A stretch of 51,570 bases of DNA, taken from positions 1-51,570 of IMG/VR virus record IMGVR_UViG_3300030372_001820; one strand, written 5' to 3'. The translations under genes and the position numbers were made by a program. The notes beneath the pieces are model-generated. The model did not search any database. It was not told where the DNA came from and worked only from the letters and a program-made list of their open reading frames with translations. Positions 9,566 to 19,480 of this stretch are shown here, in pieces. The stretch comes from a virus (Duplodnaviria > Caudoviricetes). Position 1 is the first letter of the stretch. Every line of letters begins with the position of its first letter.

Positions 9566-10023
9566 TATGACTCCATTCCATAAAGTATATCTACTTTTGC
9601 AACAGCTGTTGCTCCACTAGAAAATATTTCAAAATCTGCACTTGCCCAAGCAGAAGGTCTTAAAAGCATAACATCACCTACTCCAGAAAGTTTATGAGGA
9701 CTAGTATCACCAGTACCTAATCTAAGTGTAACATCAGGAGTTCCTGAAGAACCAGCTTCTCTAATTTTTATCATTAAAAAATCTATACCAGTTTTTGCGC
9801 CACCCAAAGCATCACTAAGAGTAGTAGTAACAGTTTGAGAAGTTGTATAGTCAACATAAGCAACATTAGTTGCTGTTGATGCACAAGATATTTCTTTTGA
9901 ACCACCTATTGACTTATCAATACTACTATGAACAATACGAGCAGTATTGCTTGTATCAGTTGCTTGTATTTCTTCAATTGGTGTAGCAGATGCAGAGTAA
10001 TTTATTTTAAAAGTTGTTGCCAT
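9565..10023 (-). CDS. Putative virion structural protein
   Basis: 152 aa beta-rich, in structural operon. Confidence 0.5.
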   Translation of the reverse strand: MATTFKINYSASATPIEEIQATDTSNTARIVHSSIDKSIGGSKEISCASTATNVAYVDYTTSQTVTTTLSDALGGAKTGIDFLMIKIREAGSSGTPDVTLRLGTGDTSPHKLSGVGDVMLLRPSAWASADFEIFSSGATAVAKVDILYGMES

Positions 10024-10025
10024 AA

Positions 10026-11036
10026 TTATTTCCTAGACTGTGCCATTGTTGCTTGTAAAATAGTAGAATTATTTTGTATGTATAAAGTAATTTCATTTAC
10101 TGACCAATCATAATACTTTTTACCTTCAGCACTGTAAACTTGTGTTTTTTGTAATTTAGAAGCAAATTTTTGCAATTCATCATTTATTTTTGTTTGATAT
10201 TCTTGCAGTTCTGCACTAAACTTTTGAATTTTTTGAGCATCATCCTGTGAACTTAATCTGCCATCCTCTATTGATTTTTGTAACTGTGCTTGATATTCTG
10301 TATTTTCTTTATTAAATAATGCCTGTGATTCTTGTATCTTTGCACTATACTCACTAATTTTTGCATTAATTTCAGATATTCTTGATGACAGCATTTCACT
10401 ATCTTCTTCATTAGTAATTAAATCTTCTGTATCTGCAAAATCTAAACTTCCCATCGGAGGAGGTGTATAAGTTGGAACACTAGTATTAAATGTAATAGAA
10501 TTACTAGATAAAGTAGGTGCTGTCGGAGGTGCTACCGATACAAATACAGGCATATTATCATTTAACAATTTACTATATTCATTTGATACTGCATGGTATA
10601 TAACTGCTGACATAAGAACAGTATCATCATCAATTGTTGTAGGGTCTATAAAATAATAGTTTGCTACTTTACTATTAGTTGGAGTAGGATGTATTTGTAG
10701 TTTTGCACCAGCACTATCACCTATAATAGTATAAGTAGGAAATTTTTCTGTTGATTTTTGTAAACTTGCAGAATCGTTAGCAAAAGCAGCTTGTTCTACA
10801 CTTATCTGTGTACAAAAATAACCATCTCTTACTACTTCTGTAATTTTAGATGTTGACAATTTATCATTAGTATGATTACCAGTATCAATATCTCCAGATT
10901 TAACTTTTGCAAACCCTAATAAATCTTTTGGTATTTTAGATGCAACAAACTTTTGTGCAGATGTAATAAACCCTGCGTTTGCAGTAGTTACACCTGTAAT
11001 GTTTTGTATGTCTGTTGCTATGTTAGTTGTTGCCAT
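10026..11036 (-). CDS. Putative tail ring/adaptor protein with C-terminal coiled coil
   Basis: 336 aa directly after MCP; LQIHPTP motif and Gln-rich heptads. Confidence 0.5.
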   Translation of the reverse strand: MATTNIATDIQNITGVTTANAGFITSAQKFVASKIPKDLLGFAKVKSGDIDTGNHTNDKLSTSKITEVVRDGYFCTQISVEQAAFANDSASLQKSTEKFPTYTIIGDSAGAKLQIHPTPTNSKVANYYFIDPTTIDDDTVLMSAVIYHAVSNEYSKLLNDNMPVFVSVAPPTAPTLSSNSITFNTSVPTYTPPPMGSLDFADTEDLITNEEDSEMLSSRISEINAKISEYSAKIQESQALFNKENTEYQAQLQKSIEDGRLSSQDDAQKIQKFSAELQEYQTKINDELQKFASKLQKTQVYSAEGKKYYDWSVNEITLYIQNNSTILQATMAQSRK

Positions 11037-11051
11037 TTAAAGTCCTATAAG

Positions 11052-11107
11052 GATTCTCTGCCCCTTCGGAAAAAAAGGAGGAAAATAACGTCAGGGGCAT
11101 CAAATCC
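11052..11107 (-). terminator. Hairpin after the major capsid gene (terminator or processing site)
   Basis: Minus strand GGATT..TGCCCCT / AGGGGCA..AATCC stem with a pyrimidine-rich loop. Confidence 0.5.
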
Positions 11108-11130
11108 ATGATTAACTAATTACTATTAAC

Positions 11131-12699
11131 TTATTGTGCAGTCCACACAGCATGGGATTCTGGCATTTGCCATTCCATACCTGCTTCAGTCTGTACCAAG
11201 TCAATACGTTTGTCAATACCGCTATTTTCTAGTGTTTGCACACCAACATAAATTGCAGTATCTCTGTTAATTCCGTTACCAACTAATGGTCTGTATGCAC
11301 AGTGAGCCATGTTGATACCCATAATTTTAACAGCACTTCCATCTAGGTGTACGTTACGAGAAATGTTCATAACTCCGTATGGAGTGTAAACAGTAGTAAC
11401 GTCTACGCCAAAGGCTGATTTCTTTTCACCCATTGACATATCTCCTCTAGCTGCAAATGAATTAGCAGAACCTAAATCGGTCTTCTTAGCATTTGCAGTA
11501 AAGTATCCACTTAATTTATGGAACCAATTGTATACATCTGTTGAACAGAAGAATACAGTTGCGTTTGCATTGTTATAACGAGGGTCAAGGAATTTACTCA
11601 TATCCTCTAAGAAGTCATCTGATGATTTATTTGTATCCCATGAAAATATGTTTCCATAGTTTACAATATAATCAAGAGCTCCTTGAGTGTATTGAACTCC
11701 AGCTGCATCGGTGTACTGTGAACCAAAAAGCATAGCAGTTTCAATATCGAACTTATGTTCAATTAACTTTTCTCTCCATAGACGTGCAAACTCGTTACCT
11801 TCGTACTTTAATACTGTTGCGCGAGTTGTGTTGTCCATTGATAATGCAGTCTTCCAAATTTGTGTAAGACCATTACCAGTTGAGAAAGGATTGTCTTGCC
11901 ATGTTTGTGGGTAAGTACTACCTTGAGCATGTGCGCTACCAACAACGTAACTTCTCATAAACTCAAGCTGACTAGAAATAGCTCTATCTGCAACAGCTTC
12001 ATCTCCACCAGTTCCGCCAGGACTGAAGTTGTTTCCAGTAAAAGATGCTAATTCATTTTTACCTGTTTCAAACTTAACAATATCTCCAGTAACAGCTACC
12101 GCTTCTTTACTATCTAATGTTGCTTTAGCTGCAACTGCAGTTACTTTTATAACATGATAACCAACAGTAGCATTGCTTGTTAAAGCAGCTCCACCACCAG
12201 CTGTAGAAGTTACAGGTATTTTAACTATTTGGCCAGGTAGGAAAAATTCTGGCGCTGTTCCTGCAACTCCGACATCAATTTTTGATGAACCTGTTTGCCC
12301 TTGAACATTGCTAAGATTTCCAGCTGACTTATAGTCAGTCACCATGTATACTTTAACTGTTTGACCAGCCGCTGAAGCAGCTGAGTTTGCGTCATGCTGG
12401 TACAATTCTGCATCAGCATAATTTGGGGTTCCATTTCTACTATGCCCCATGACATAAGCATATCGCTTATGGTAAGATGGTCTACGTTCTGTAAATTTAA
12501 ACTGAGGGTCATCGGTAGGTTTTTTATTTACCTTAGACACCAAGCGAAAAAACGGGTCTTGTGCAATCGCTAATTCGGATACTTTGTCGCCAAAGTTATA
12601 CCGCCTCCGCAGGTCACCAGTACTCAGATTATCATCGAGTCCAGCGCTATTCTCAGTTAAACCAGTAACGCCACCAATTTGTAAAAGGTCACTTGCCAT
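11131..12699 (-). CDS. Major capsid protein (HK97 fold, DUF5309/SU10-like)
   Basis: 522 aa after scaffold and portal; DPFF..KPTDDPQFKFTE, TQIWKTA, KLIEHKFDIETAMLFG, TEAGME..PESHA motifs. Confidence 0.85.
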   Translation of the reverse strand: MASDLLQIGGVTGLTENSAGLDDNLSTGDLRRRYNFGDKVSELAIAQDPFFRLVSKVNKKPTDDPQFKFTERRPSYHKRYAYVMGHSRNGTPNYADAELYQHDANSAASAAGQTVKVYMVTDYKSAGNLSNVQGQTGSSKIDVGVAGTAPEFFLPGQIVKIPVTSTAGGGAALTSNATVGYHVIKVTAVAAKATLDSKEAVAVTGDIVKFETGKNELASFTGNNFSPGGTGGDEAVADRAISSQLEFMRSYVVGSAHAQGSTYPQTWQDNPFSTGNGLTQIWKTALSMDNTTRATVLKYEGNEFARLWREKLIEHKFDIETAMLFGSQYTDAAGVQYTQGALDYIVNYGNIFSWDTNKSSDDFLEDMSKFLDPRYNNANATVFFCSTDVYNWFHKLSGYFTANAKKTDLGSANSFAARGDMSMGEKKSAFGVDVTTVYTPYGVMNISRNVHLDGSAVKIMGINMAHCAYRPLVGNGINRDTAIYVGVQTLENSGIDKRIDLVQTEAGMEWQMPESHAVWTAQ

Positions 12700-12747
12700 T
12701 TTAGGCTCCTATTCTTTGTTTACTGATTTGACAATAGGAGACTAAAA
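12699..12747 (-). promoter_or_regulatory. Hairpin occluding the MCP ribosome-binding site
   Basis: Minus strand TTTTAGTCTCCTATT / AATAGGAGCCTAAAA, 15-bp stem with one mismatch, containing SD AGGAG and the A of ATG. Confidence 0.65.
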
Positions 12748-12755
12748 CTTTTGTT

Positions 12756-13646
12756 TTAGAATCCTAGTGCTTTTTCCAATTTGTTTTCAGCACCTAGAAT
12801 AGCATCAAAAACCATATCTTCGTGAGTTTTTTCTTGTTCTGGTGAACTACCAGCAGACGCTAATGAAGCAGGTTTTTGTTGAACCTTTTTCATTTGGTTT
12901 GTTACTTCTTGATTTGCATTACGAGCAATAGTTTGCTCTCTCTTACCTTTATTCATTAGATAAAATATATCATCTAACTCTAAAGTTTTATTTCTTGCAA
13001 ATTCAAGAAATTTAGACCATTGAGCGTCATCCAAATTATGCTTTTGTTTAAATTCAATTTCTTTAGCAAGTCTTGTATTTTCTTGTTTTTGAGTAGCCAT
13101 AGTTTCATTTAATCTTCTTTGAACTACGCCATCAATTGTTGCTGACAATACTCTCGCAGAATCTGAATTTGAATTTGACATAGCTTCATCTGGGTCAAAC
13201 ACAAAATCCTCACCTAAGTTTAGTTTTTCTTTCATCGAACTAGGCGCTTCTCCACCACCCTCAAAATAACCTCTCACGTGAGAAATTAAATTAGGGTCTT
13301 CTTTCATAGCATCGAGTATTGGCATATATGGTTCTATCTCCTTTAACTGCTTACTAAGCTTTTTAGCTTCTCTGCTAGAATCACTATACCGTTTTTGCAG
13401 ATTTTCAATATCCGTATCTTGACCTTCAACAGGGCTCATATCAGTAGGTTCAGATTGTACATCTTGATTATCCAACTCATTAGAGGTTGTCTGAGATTGA
13501 TTGGTCACTTTTGGTTCATTATCATAAATTGAACCATTCACTTGAGTGTCTAAAGCCTCGAAAAACTTATCGACATCCATTTCTTCGTTAGAAGAACTTT
13601 CTGGGGCTCCCGAAAGAGCGTTACTTACTTGTTCTTGACTATTCAT
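12756..13646 (-). CDS. Capsid scaffolding protein
   Basis: Acidic, coiled-coil, between portal and MCP; KRYSDSSREAKKL motif. Confidence 0.75.
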   Translation of the reverse strand: MNSQEQVSNALSGAPESSSNEEMDVDKFFEALDTQVNGSIYDNEPKVTNQSQTTSNELDNQDVQSEPTDMSPVEGQDTDIENLQKRYSDSSREAKKLSKQLKEIEPYMPILDAMKEDPNLISHVRGYFEGGGEAPSSMKEKLNLGEDFVFDPDEAMSNSNSDSARVLSATIDGVVQRRLNETMATQKQENTRLAKEIEFKQKHNLDDAQWSKFLEFARNKTLELDDIFYLMNKGKREQTIARNANQEVTNQMKKVQQKPASLASAGSSPEQEKTHEDMVFDAILGAENKLEKALGF

Positions 13647-13668
13647 TTTACTATCCTTTTAGTTTGAG

Positions 13669-13700
13669 TAAATTTATTTCTGTTTAGCAGAATCTTCAAA
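13669..13700 (-). promoter_or_regulatory. Putative promoter TTTG-N20-TAAATTTA for scaffold-MCP
   Basis: Overlaps the portal 3' end, 22 nt upstream of the scaffold start codon. Confidence 0.55.
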
Positions 13701-15965
13701 GTCTTTTTTTTGCTTATCTTTTTGTTCTTTTGCATCATCTTTTACTTCTTTTCGCAAATCTCTACGTATTAAATCGAACTCTGCTCTCATCATATTTTGT
13801 AATAATTTTTGTTCCGCATCTGTTTTTTGTAATGTATCTTTGATTTTTAAACCACCTTCTTGAACTTTCATTCTAATTCCAGACTGTACTAACTGTCGTT
13901 CTAGTGTTTCTATTGTACCATCTTTGTCTTTCATTTGTTCAGATAATGCTTGTATCTGTGATTGTAACTGAGAGTACATGCTTTTACGTTCAATTAATTG
14001 TTTTTTATTTCTAATATCTGTTTCTGCTATCATTGCTACATCATCAATTAATCCAGACTGGAACCATCTAAAGTATTCTTCAAGTAATGCCCATCTATTT
14101 AATGGTAACGTTGCACCTGCTATAATTCTTACGTCAAAGTTTGCAGATTCATAATCCATCCATCTTCCTATTACACTACCATAATCATTGTATATAGGAA
14201 TGTTAATTCTTACTTCTGAATCTTCAGATGTTTTTTGACCTGCTTCAGGTTGTACAATTCTAAATACTTTATCAATTGTATAATGTCTTTGTGCGACTTG
14301 TTGAAATACTTTACCTATATGTTCTAATGCTGGTTCAACTACTGTAGACATCCAAGACTTTAATCTTCTTGTACCAAATTCATCATTAGCAAGTAGACCT
14401 CTATATGTTTCTGCTTGCTCAGAAGTAAAACCCATCATAGCAGAAGGTACACCAGATATATATTCTGCGTCTGCTTTTCCTTGTTGTGTTATAGTATAAA
14501 ATGCATTATTTATAGGTGCTGGTTGTATAGGAGTTGGAGCATTAAATCCTTGTCTATATTTTAAAAGTGCGCCAGGCGATGACGAGTATTGTTCCCATTC
14601 AGATTCATCAACAGAGCCTTCTTCATACATCCATCTAAGATTAGATGCTAAGTTAGCATTGTGAATCATAATCTGGTGAGCTTTATTTATCTCTTGTTGT
14701 TTACCAATTAACGGCATTACGGCTGACATTGGGTAAGGTGTGCCTGTGTAGAGGTAGGGTATGGGTATTATAGGGTATTCGTTAATTGGTAATTCATATT
14801 CATAGAGAAGAACATCATCGCCTACGCTACAACATAACATAATTCTTGTTTCAAAAAATTTAACATAATCAACAACGGTTTCTGCAAATTCTTCAGATTT
14901 CATAGAATTTACAAAGTCAGATTCTCTCATAACCATTTGTTTTACTTTACTAACTTCTTCTTGAGCTTGAGAAACTAGTTGCTGTCTTTTCATTTCTATT
15001 TGTTGTTTTGCTTGTTCTTCAGCTTTTTGTTTTTCTAAATTAGCTCTATCTTGTATAATATTTCCATTTTGTAACTGCATATCAATATTCATAATTGTTT
15101 CTTTTAATGAAACATCTACTTCTGCTTCAAATTCTTGTACTTGTACTTCTATTGCAGATTTCATTTGTTCTAAAACAGAATCTTCAGGAGGTATATTTAC
15201 AAATACGTTTACAAAAGGAACTTTAACTTTAGAATATTTTTCGTAATAACCAATAATTTGGTCTTCTTCTCCACCTTGAGAATAAGTATTCGATATATCT
15301 TCAGGTTGTATAACTTTAGAAGTTTCTATATCTCTTTGTGAATATACTCCATCAAAATCAGAATGACTTGTTACTTTATTTATTTTACTAGAGTGTTGTG
15401 GAAATAAATTTTTTAATTGTGATTTTGACATATTCTTTTTAACAATTATAAAACCAGCATCTCTAAATAAAAAATCTCTACTAGCTGGGTCAACAAATAC
15501 ATCATAAGGGTCTATTCGACTGTAAGTTACTTCTCCTTTACCATTATCTTTATTTTGGTCTACATCTATTAAAAAATAACCAACACCTTTAACTAGAGAA
15601 TCTAAAATTACTTGACCATATACAGAGTTACCATTAGATAAATTCCAACAATAATCTGCAATATCTGAATGGACTTGCGCAATGTCTGAATCATCACCAG
15701 TAACTCCTACCGCTCTCCATCTAGGATTATTAGCAGTTACAAAATATTTCATAATTTCGATTATAGGTAATATCCTATTAATCGTAAATGTAGGCATTCC
15801 TGCTTCTTCTAAAGAATCCTGTTCAACTTCTGTTAGTTGTTCATCAAGATAAAAATCATATCCTTTTTGACTTTTAGAACGCCATTTACCTCTATCAGTA
15901 CTATTGGCTCTATCCCATAATTGTTTGTTTTCATGTGCTTTGCTTTTATTGGTAACTCTAGCCAT
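13674..15965 (-). CDS. Portal protein (P22-like)
   Basis: 763 aa; DFY..EQ..P.FTINRI, VFVDP.S, YPIIP, QQEINK motifs; C-terminal barrel coiled coil. Confidence 0.9.
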   Translation of the reverse strand: MARVTNKSKAHENKQLWDRANSTDRGKWRSKSQKGYDFYLDEQLTEVEQDSLEEAGMPTFTINRILPIIEIMKYFVTANNPRWRAVGVTGDDSDIAQVHSDIADYCWNLSNGNSVYGQVILDSLVKGVGYFLIDVDQNKDNGKGEVTYSRIDPYDVFVDPASRDFLFRDAGFIIVKKNMSKSQLKNLFPQHSSKINKVTSHSDFDGVYSQRDIETSKVIQPEDISNTYSQGGEEDQIIGYYEKYSKVKVPFVNVFVNIPPEDSVLEQMKSAIEVQVQEFEAEVDVSLKETIMNIDMQLQNGNIIQDRANLEKQKAEEQAKQQIEMKRQQLVSQAQEEVSKVKQMVMRESDFVNSMKSEEFAETVVDYVKFFETRIMLCCSVGDDVLLYEYELPINEYPIIPIPYLYTGTPYPMSAVMPLIGKQQEINKAHQIMIHNANLASNLRWMYEEGSVDESEWEQYSSSPGALLKYRQGFNAPTPIQPAPINNAFYTITQQGKADAEYISGVPSAMMGFTSEQAETYRGLLANDEFGTRRLKSWMSTVVEPALEHIGKVFQQVAQRHYTIDKVFRIVQPEAGQKTSEDSEVRINIPIYNDYGSVIGRWMDYESANFDVRIIAGATLPLNRWALLEEYFRWFQSGLIDDVAMIAETDIRNKKQLIERKSMYSQLQSQIQALSEQMKDKDGTIETLERQLVQSGIRMKVQEGGLKIKDTLQKTDAEQKLLQNMMRAEFDLIRRDLRKEVKDDAKEQKDKQKKDFEDSAKQK

Positions 15966-16360
15966 TACTTTTTATCCATATTTAATTTAATTCTATCTCT
16001 TCTTTTTAAATTTTCAAACACTCTATCAGATGACATAGACTCTGCAATTCGTCTTACATTCATAACAGAACGTTGTGTTTGTTTTCCAAGCAATCCATCA
16101 ACTGTAATTTTATCAGATGGTCTACCCATAAGTTCTTGCAGAAAATTATATTCACTTTGAAATTTTCTTGTCATTACATTATCATTTGGATTTTTATTTA
16201 AAGAGTCTGCCATTTTTAAAAGTTTTCTTGTTGAATAAGCTTTATTTCTATTAACTTCTTTTGGACTCATTAAATTTCCATTAATTTCATAAAAAGTTGA
16301 GACTAAACCCATACTATCTTTTACTTGTTTTGTTTTATATTTAGATTGTTTAGTTTGCAT
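15965..16360 (-). CDS. Hypothetical protein with peptidoglycan-binding-like motif
   Basis: ITVDGLLGKQTQRSV resembles the PG_binding_1 VDGxxGxxT motif. Confidence 0.5.
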   Translation of the reverse strand: MQTKQSKYKTKQVKDSMGLVSTFYEINGNLMSPKEVNRNKAYSTRKLLKMADSLNKNPNDNVMTRKFQSEYNFLQELMGRPSDKITVDGLLGKQTQRSVMNVRRIAESMSSDRVFENLKRRDRIKLNMDKK

Positions 16361-16466
16361 TTCTTTTTTCTTTCTGCATCTTTTGTAATCTGCGTTTATA
16401 AGTTTTGTTTTCTATCGCAAGTTTTCTACGTCTTCGTTTTCTTTCTTTTGCTTTTTTATTAGGCAT
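16350..16466 (-). CDS. 38-aa highly basic peptide (absent from ORF track)
   Basis: MPNKKAKERKRRRRKLAIENKTYKRRLQKMQKEKRNAN*; TAATG coupling to the TerL stop. Confidence 0.6.
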   Translation of the reverse strand: MPNKKAKERKRRRRKLAIENKTYKRRLQKMQKEKRNAN

Positions 16467-18061
16467 TACGATACAACCCAACTTTTTGCTTTTCTTTTTA
16501 TCTTATACCAACCACTTTTATCTTTATTTTGGTTCATATTTGGTGGAAATGAGTACAATTGTGCGTAATAAAGAGTCTCAATCGTGTCATCGTGGTTCAT
16601 TTTCGGGCCAAAAGTAACAATTTCGTTAATTAAATCAAACATATTTTCTTTTAAAAAGATATTTCCTGTACTAAATCTACCACTTAAACCACTATAAATC
16701 TTATTTCTTTTATTTTTTCCGCCTGGTTTTTCTGGAATTACGCTGATATTAAATTTATTTTCTATACGTCTACGTTCATTTAATGCCTGAAATATACTTC
16801 TATTCATAGCAACATCTTCTACAGTAGACGATACACAATGGTATTTTTCGTGTAACTCTAATATATAATCTACTACACCTTTTTTGTCTAGTATGTTCCC
16901 ATCTAAATCTCGTTGTCCTACTGTTGGTATACTACGATGTCTTTCGTATTCAACAACATACATTTGATTATCTTGGTCTACCGCAATAACCATAATAACA
17001 GAAAAGTCAGATGTTTTTGTGTCAATATCTGTAGCAGGGTCGCAACCAATAAAAGTATTTACAGGTATAGGTTCTTTATTGATTACAAGATAATTTTGTC
17101 CATCTGTATGTTCATAATAACCTTTCCATTTTTTTATGTACTTTCTTCCCCATACTGCTTCTTCTTCGTTTTGTACTTCTAATTCATATTCTTGGTAATA
17201 ACCATGTATACGACCTGCTTCTGAATACTCTCTTTTTATTCTATCAAGTTTTGTTCTTGGTATATATGAATTCCATAATACACCTCCAGACATTTCTGGT
17301 TGTGTAGATTTGTATGATATTACATTCCAAGTATAATCATCTTTACTTTCAGATTTATTATATCCTTCTAAAATGTTTTGGCAAAGACTGTCAAAGTGAA
17401 CAGGTGTTCCAGCAAATATTAATCTACCATCTACATCTAAAGCAGGTTTAACACCATTGTAAACAATATTCTTAATTTTTTCTCTAGCTTCTCTAGTAAC
17501 TGTATTTGTTTCACTTTCGGTATCATCAAGAGCAACGAGGTCGTATCGTTTACCTAAATAATTTTCTCCACGTACACTTGATAAGTTTGACCTACTTATT
17601 AACTTTGCGTTTGTTTTTGTTACAATATCCGTTTCTGTCCATTTGTCTCCAACAATATCTCCAAAATAATATTTAATAATATCATTAGTTTGTAAATGTT
17701 GTTTTATATATTGTAGATTTAAAATAGACTTACGATGATTATCAGATACCCAAGCCATAAACATTAAATCGTCAGGTTTTTTAAAAAGTATCTTATGCAA
17801 TAAAAAAGTTTTAAATAGTTGTGTTTTACCACTTTGTCTAGGTAATATCAATGCTAAAGACTTTGTAGTGTTCTCTAACAATGCATCTCCTATCTCATAA
17901 TGAAACAACGGACTTTCAGATTTACCAAAATCTCCTGATAAAAATAATTTACCAAAAGCTATTAAATCTGTATATGCAACTTGTAAAGCCTTTTCTGCTT
18001 CATTTACGTTTTTCTTGTTCAGATTTATCTTTTTCGATTTTATCTGTGATGTATTTTTCAA
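16466..18061 (-). CDS. terL: Terminase large subunit
   Basis: Walker A LPRQSGKT, Walker B LVALDDTE, GTP coupling motif, nuclease GCDPA..DFS and HDDTIE. Confidence 0.92.
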   Translation of the reverse strand: MKNTSQIKSKKINLNKKNVNEAEKALQVAYTDLIAFGKLFLSGDFGKSESPLFHYEIGDALLENTTKSLALILPRQSGKTQLFKTFLLHKILFKKPDDLMFMAWVSDNHRKSILNLQYIKQHLQTNDIIKYYFGDIVGDKWTETDIVTKTNAKLISRSNLSSVRGENYLGKRYDLVALDDTESETNTVTREAREKIKNIVYNGVKPALDVDGRLIFAGTPVHFDSLCQNILEGYNKSESKDDYTWNVISYKSTQPEMSGGVLWNSYIPRTKLDRIKREYSEAGRIHGYYQEYELEVQNEEEAVWGRKYIKKWKGYYEHTDGQNYLVINKEPIPVNTFIGCDPATDIDTKTSDFSVIMVIAVDQDNQMYVVEYERHRSIPTVGQRDLDGNILDKKGVVDYILELHEKYHCVSSTVEDVAMNRSIFQALNERRRIENKFNISVIPEKPGGKNKRNKIYSGLSGRFSTGNIFLKENMFDLINEIVTFGPKMNHDDTIETLYYAQLYSFPPNMNQNKDKSGWYKIKRKAKSWVVS

Positions 18062-18212
18062 ATTTACCTGATTCTTTTTTCATTTCTAAATATTGTTCAA
18101 ACAAAATATGAACTTTTCTAACCTCTGTAAACAATGTACGTATAGAATGATGTATGTTGTATATATCATTTAATATGTCTTTACGAGTATTTTTCTTTAT
18201 TTTATTTCTCAT
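18000..18212 (-). CDS. Hypothetical protein
   Basis: 70 aa, ATGA-coupled to the upstream gene. Confidence 0.55.
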   Translation of the reverse strand: MRNKIKKNTRKDILNDIYNIHHSIRTLFTEVRKVHILFEQYLEMKKESGKFEKYITDKIEKDKSEQEKRK

Positions 18213-19480
18213 TTTTTTCCTATGTATTCTTTACCATTATATATGGAATGACCATCATATATACCAACTGTATCTATTCTAAATCTTTCTTCATCGTATT
18301 CAACAACTCCAAAACCCTGTTGCCAATTATATCTAGTACCACCGCCAGGTACAATACCATCGATTCTAGCTAACGTACCCATAGATACTGCTTGATATAT
18401 TTTTGGTTTTCCATGTGTCCATACAGTTTTATGTGCCATTTCTAATCTATGTATATGTCCTTGTATAATACTAATACGAGGAGAGTCTAATAACTTCATA
18501 ACACTTTGACCGCTCTTAGCACCTACCTTGTTTCCATGTATGCATACAAGATTATCATTAATATAATATTCACCATGAGGATATTGTCCGACATATTCTA
18601 CTCCTATTTTGTGTAATCCAAGTATATAAGGTACAGAAATTAATGGAGGTACATCTGGTTCATTTGCTGGTTTTATACCATAGGCTTGTATTGTGTTTTG
18701 CACGATACTATCCATCATACGTTTTTCGTGATTACCTTCTATGTATACCATTTCTTCGCAATATGGTCTTAGTTCATTTATCCAAGATGCAAGATAATCT
18801 ATACTTGGTTGTGTTGTAAAATAAAATTCTGGTGAACGCACATAGTGTGTAGACCAATCAGGTAAATCAAGCATATCACCTAACATTATTATACGATTAG
18901 GTTTTACTTCCTTAATTATTTCAGTAACAATAGCAATTGCCCTTAAATCATGAAGTGGTTCTAACTTACCTGTAGACATATCTTTTTTATATCCTATTTG
19001 AGAATCAGGTAAAATTATATCTAACTTTTTTTCTCTTTTAGGAATATTAACATTAAACTTTAGTCTCTTAACTTTTGCACCACGAACATGAGGGAAATCT
19101 GTTTTTACTGGTTTTTTTCTTACTAAACTAGCTTTTGCTTGGTAGTTAGTATGAGTATTCCAAACAATCTTACCATCTATTTCTTGTTTAGCAGATACAT
19201 CCCATTGGTTTACTTTAAAATTAGTAACCTTCCATACGTTTTCTTTTATTTTAAATTTCTTTAATACACTTTTTAACGTAGGTACTTTTTTGTTTTCTAC
19301 GTCATCTATATAAATATAGTTCATATCTTCTACATACGAACTTGTATTTACATTAGCATTATTATTGTTTTCGTAAGTATCTGAATATTCCCTATTGCAC
19401 TCGTTACATTTATATCGTTGTACATTTCCTCTTTTACCATTTTTTTTGTAATTACTAGAACCGCACCATCTACAATTCAT
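18209..19480 (-). CDS. Calcineurin-like metallophosphoesterase with N-terminal Zn ribbon
   Basis: DSQ, GDMLD, GNHE, IHG, GHIHR motifs; N-terminal CRWC..KNG..QRYKCNEC. Confidence 0.85.
   Translation of the reverse strand: MNCRWCGSSNYKKNGKRGNVQRYKCNECNREYSDTYENNNNANVNTSSYVEDMNYIYIDDVENKKVPTLKSVLKKFKIKENVWKVTNFKVNQWDVSAKQEIDGKIVWNTHTNYQAKASLVRKKPVKTDFPHVRGAKVKRLKFNVNIPKREKKLDIILPDSQIGYKKDMSTGKLEPLHDLRAIAIVTEIIKEVKPNRIIMLGDMLDLPDWSTHYVRSPEFYFTTQPSIDYLASWINELRPYCEEMVYIEGNHEKRMMDSIVQNTIQAYGIKPANEPDVPPLISVPYILGLHKIGVEYVGQYPHGEYYINDNLVCIHGNKVGAKSGQSVMKLLDSPRISIIQGHIHRLEMAHKTVWTHGKPKIYQAVSMGTLARIDGIVPGGGTRYNWQQGFGVVEYDEERFRIDTVGIYDGHSIYNGKEYIGKK

Noticed and set aside
19390-19480. IS1 transposase remnant
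   Set aside because: Only the Zn ribbon resembles InsA; it is fused in frame to a phosphoesterase, with no DDE domain or terminal inverted repeats.
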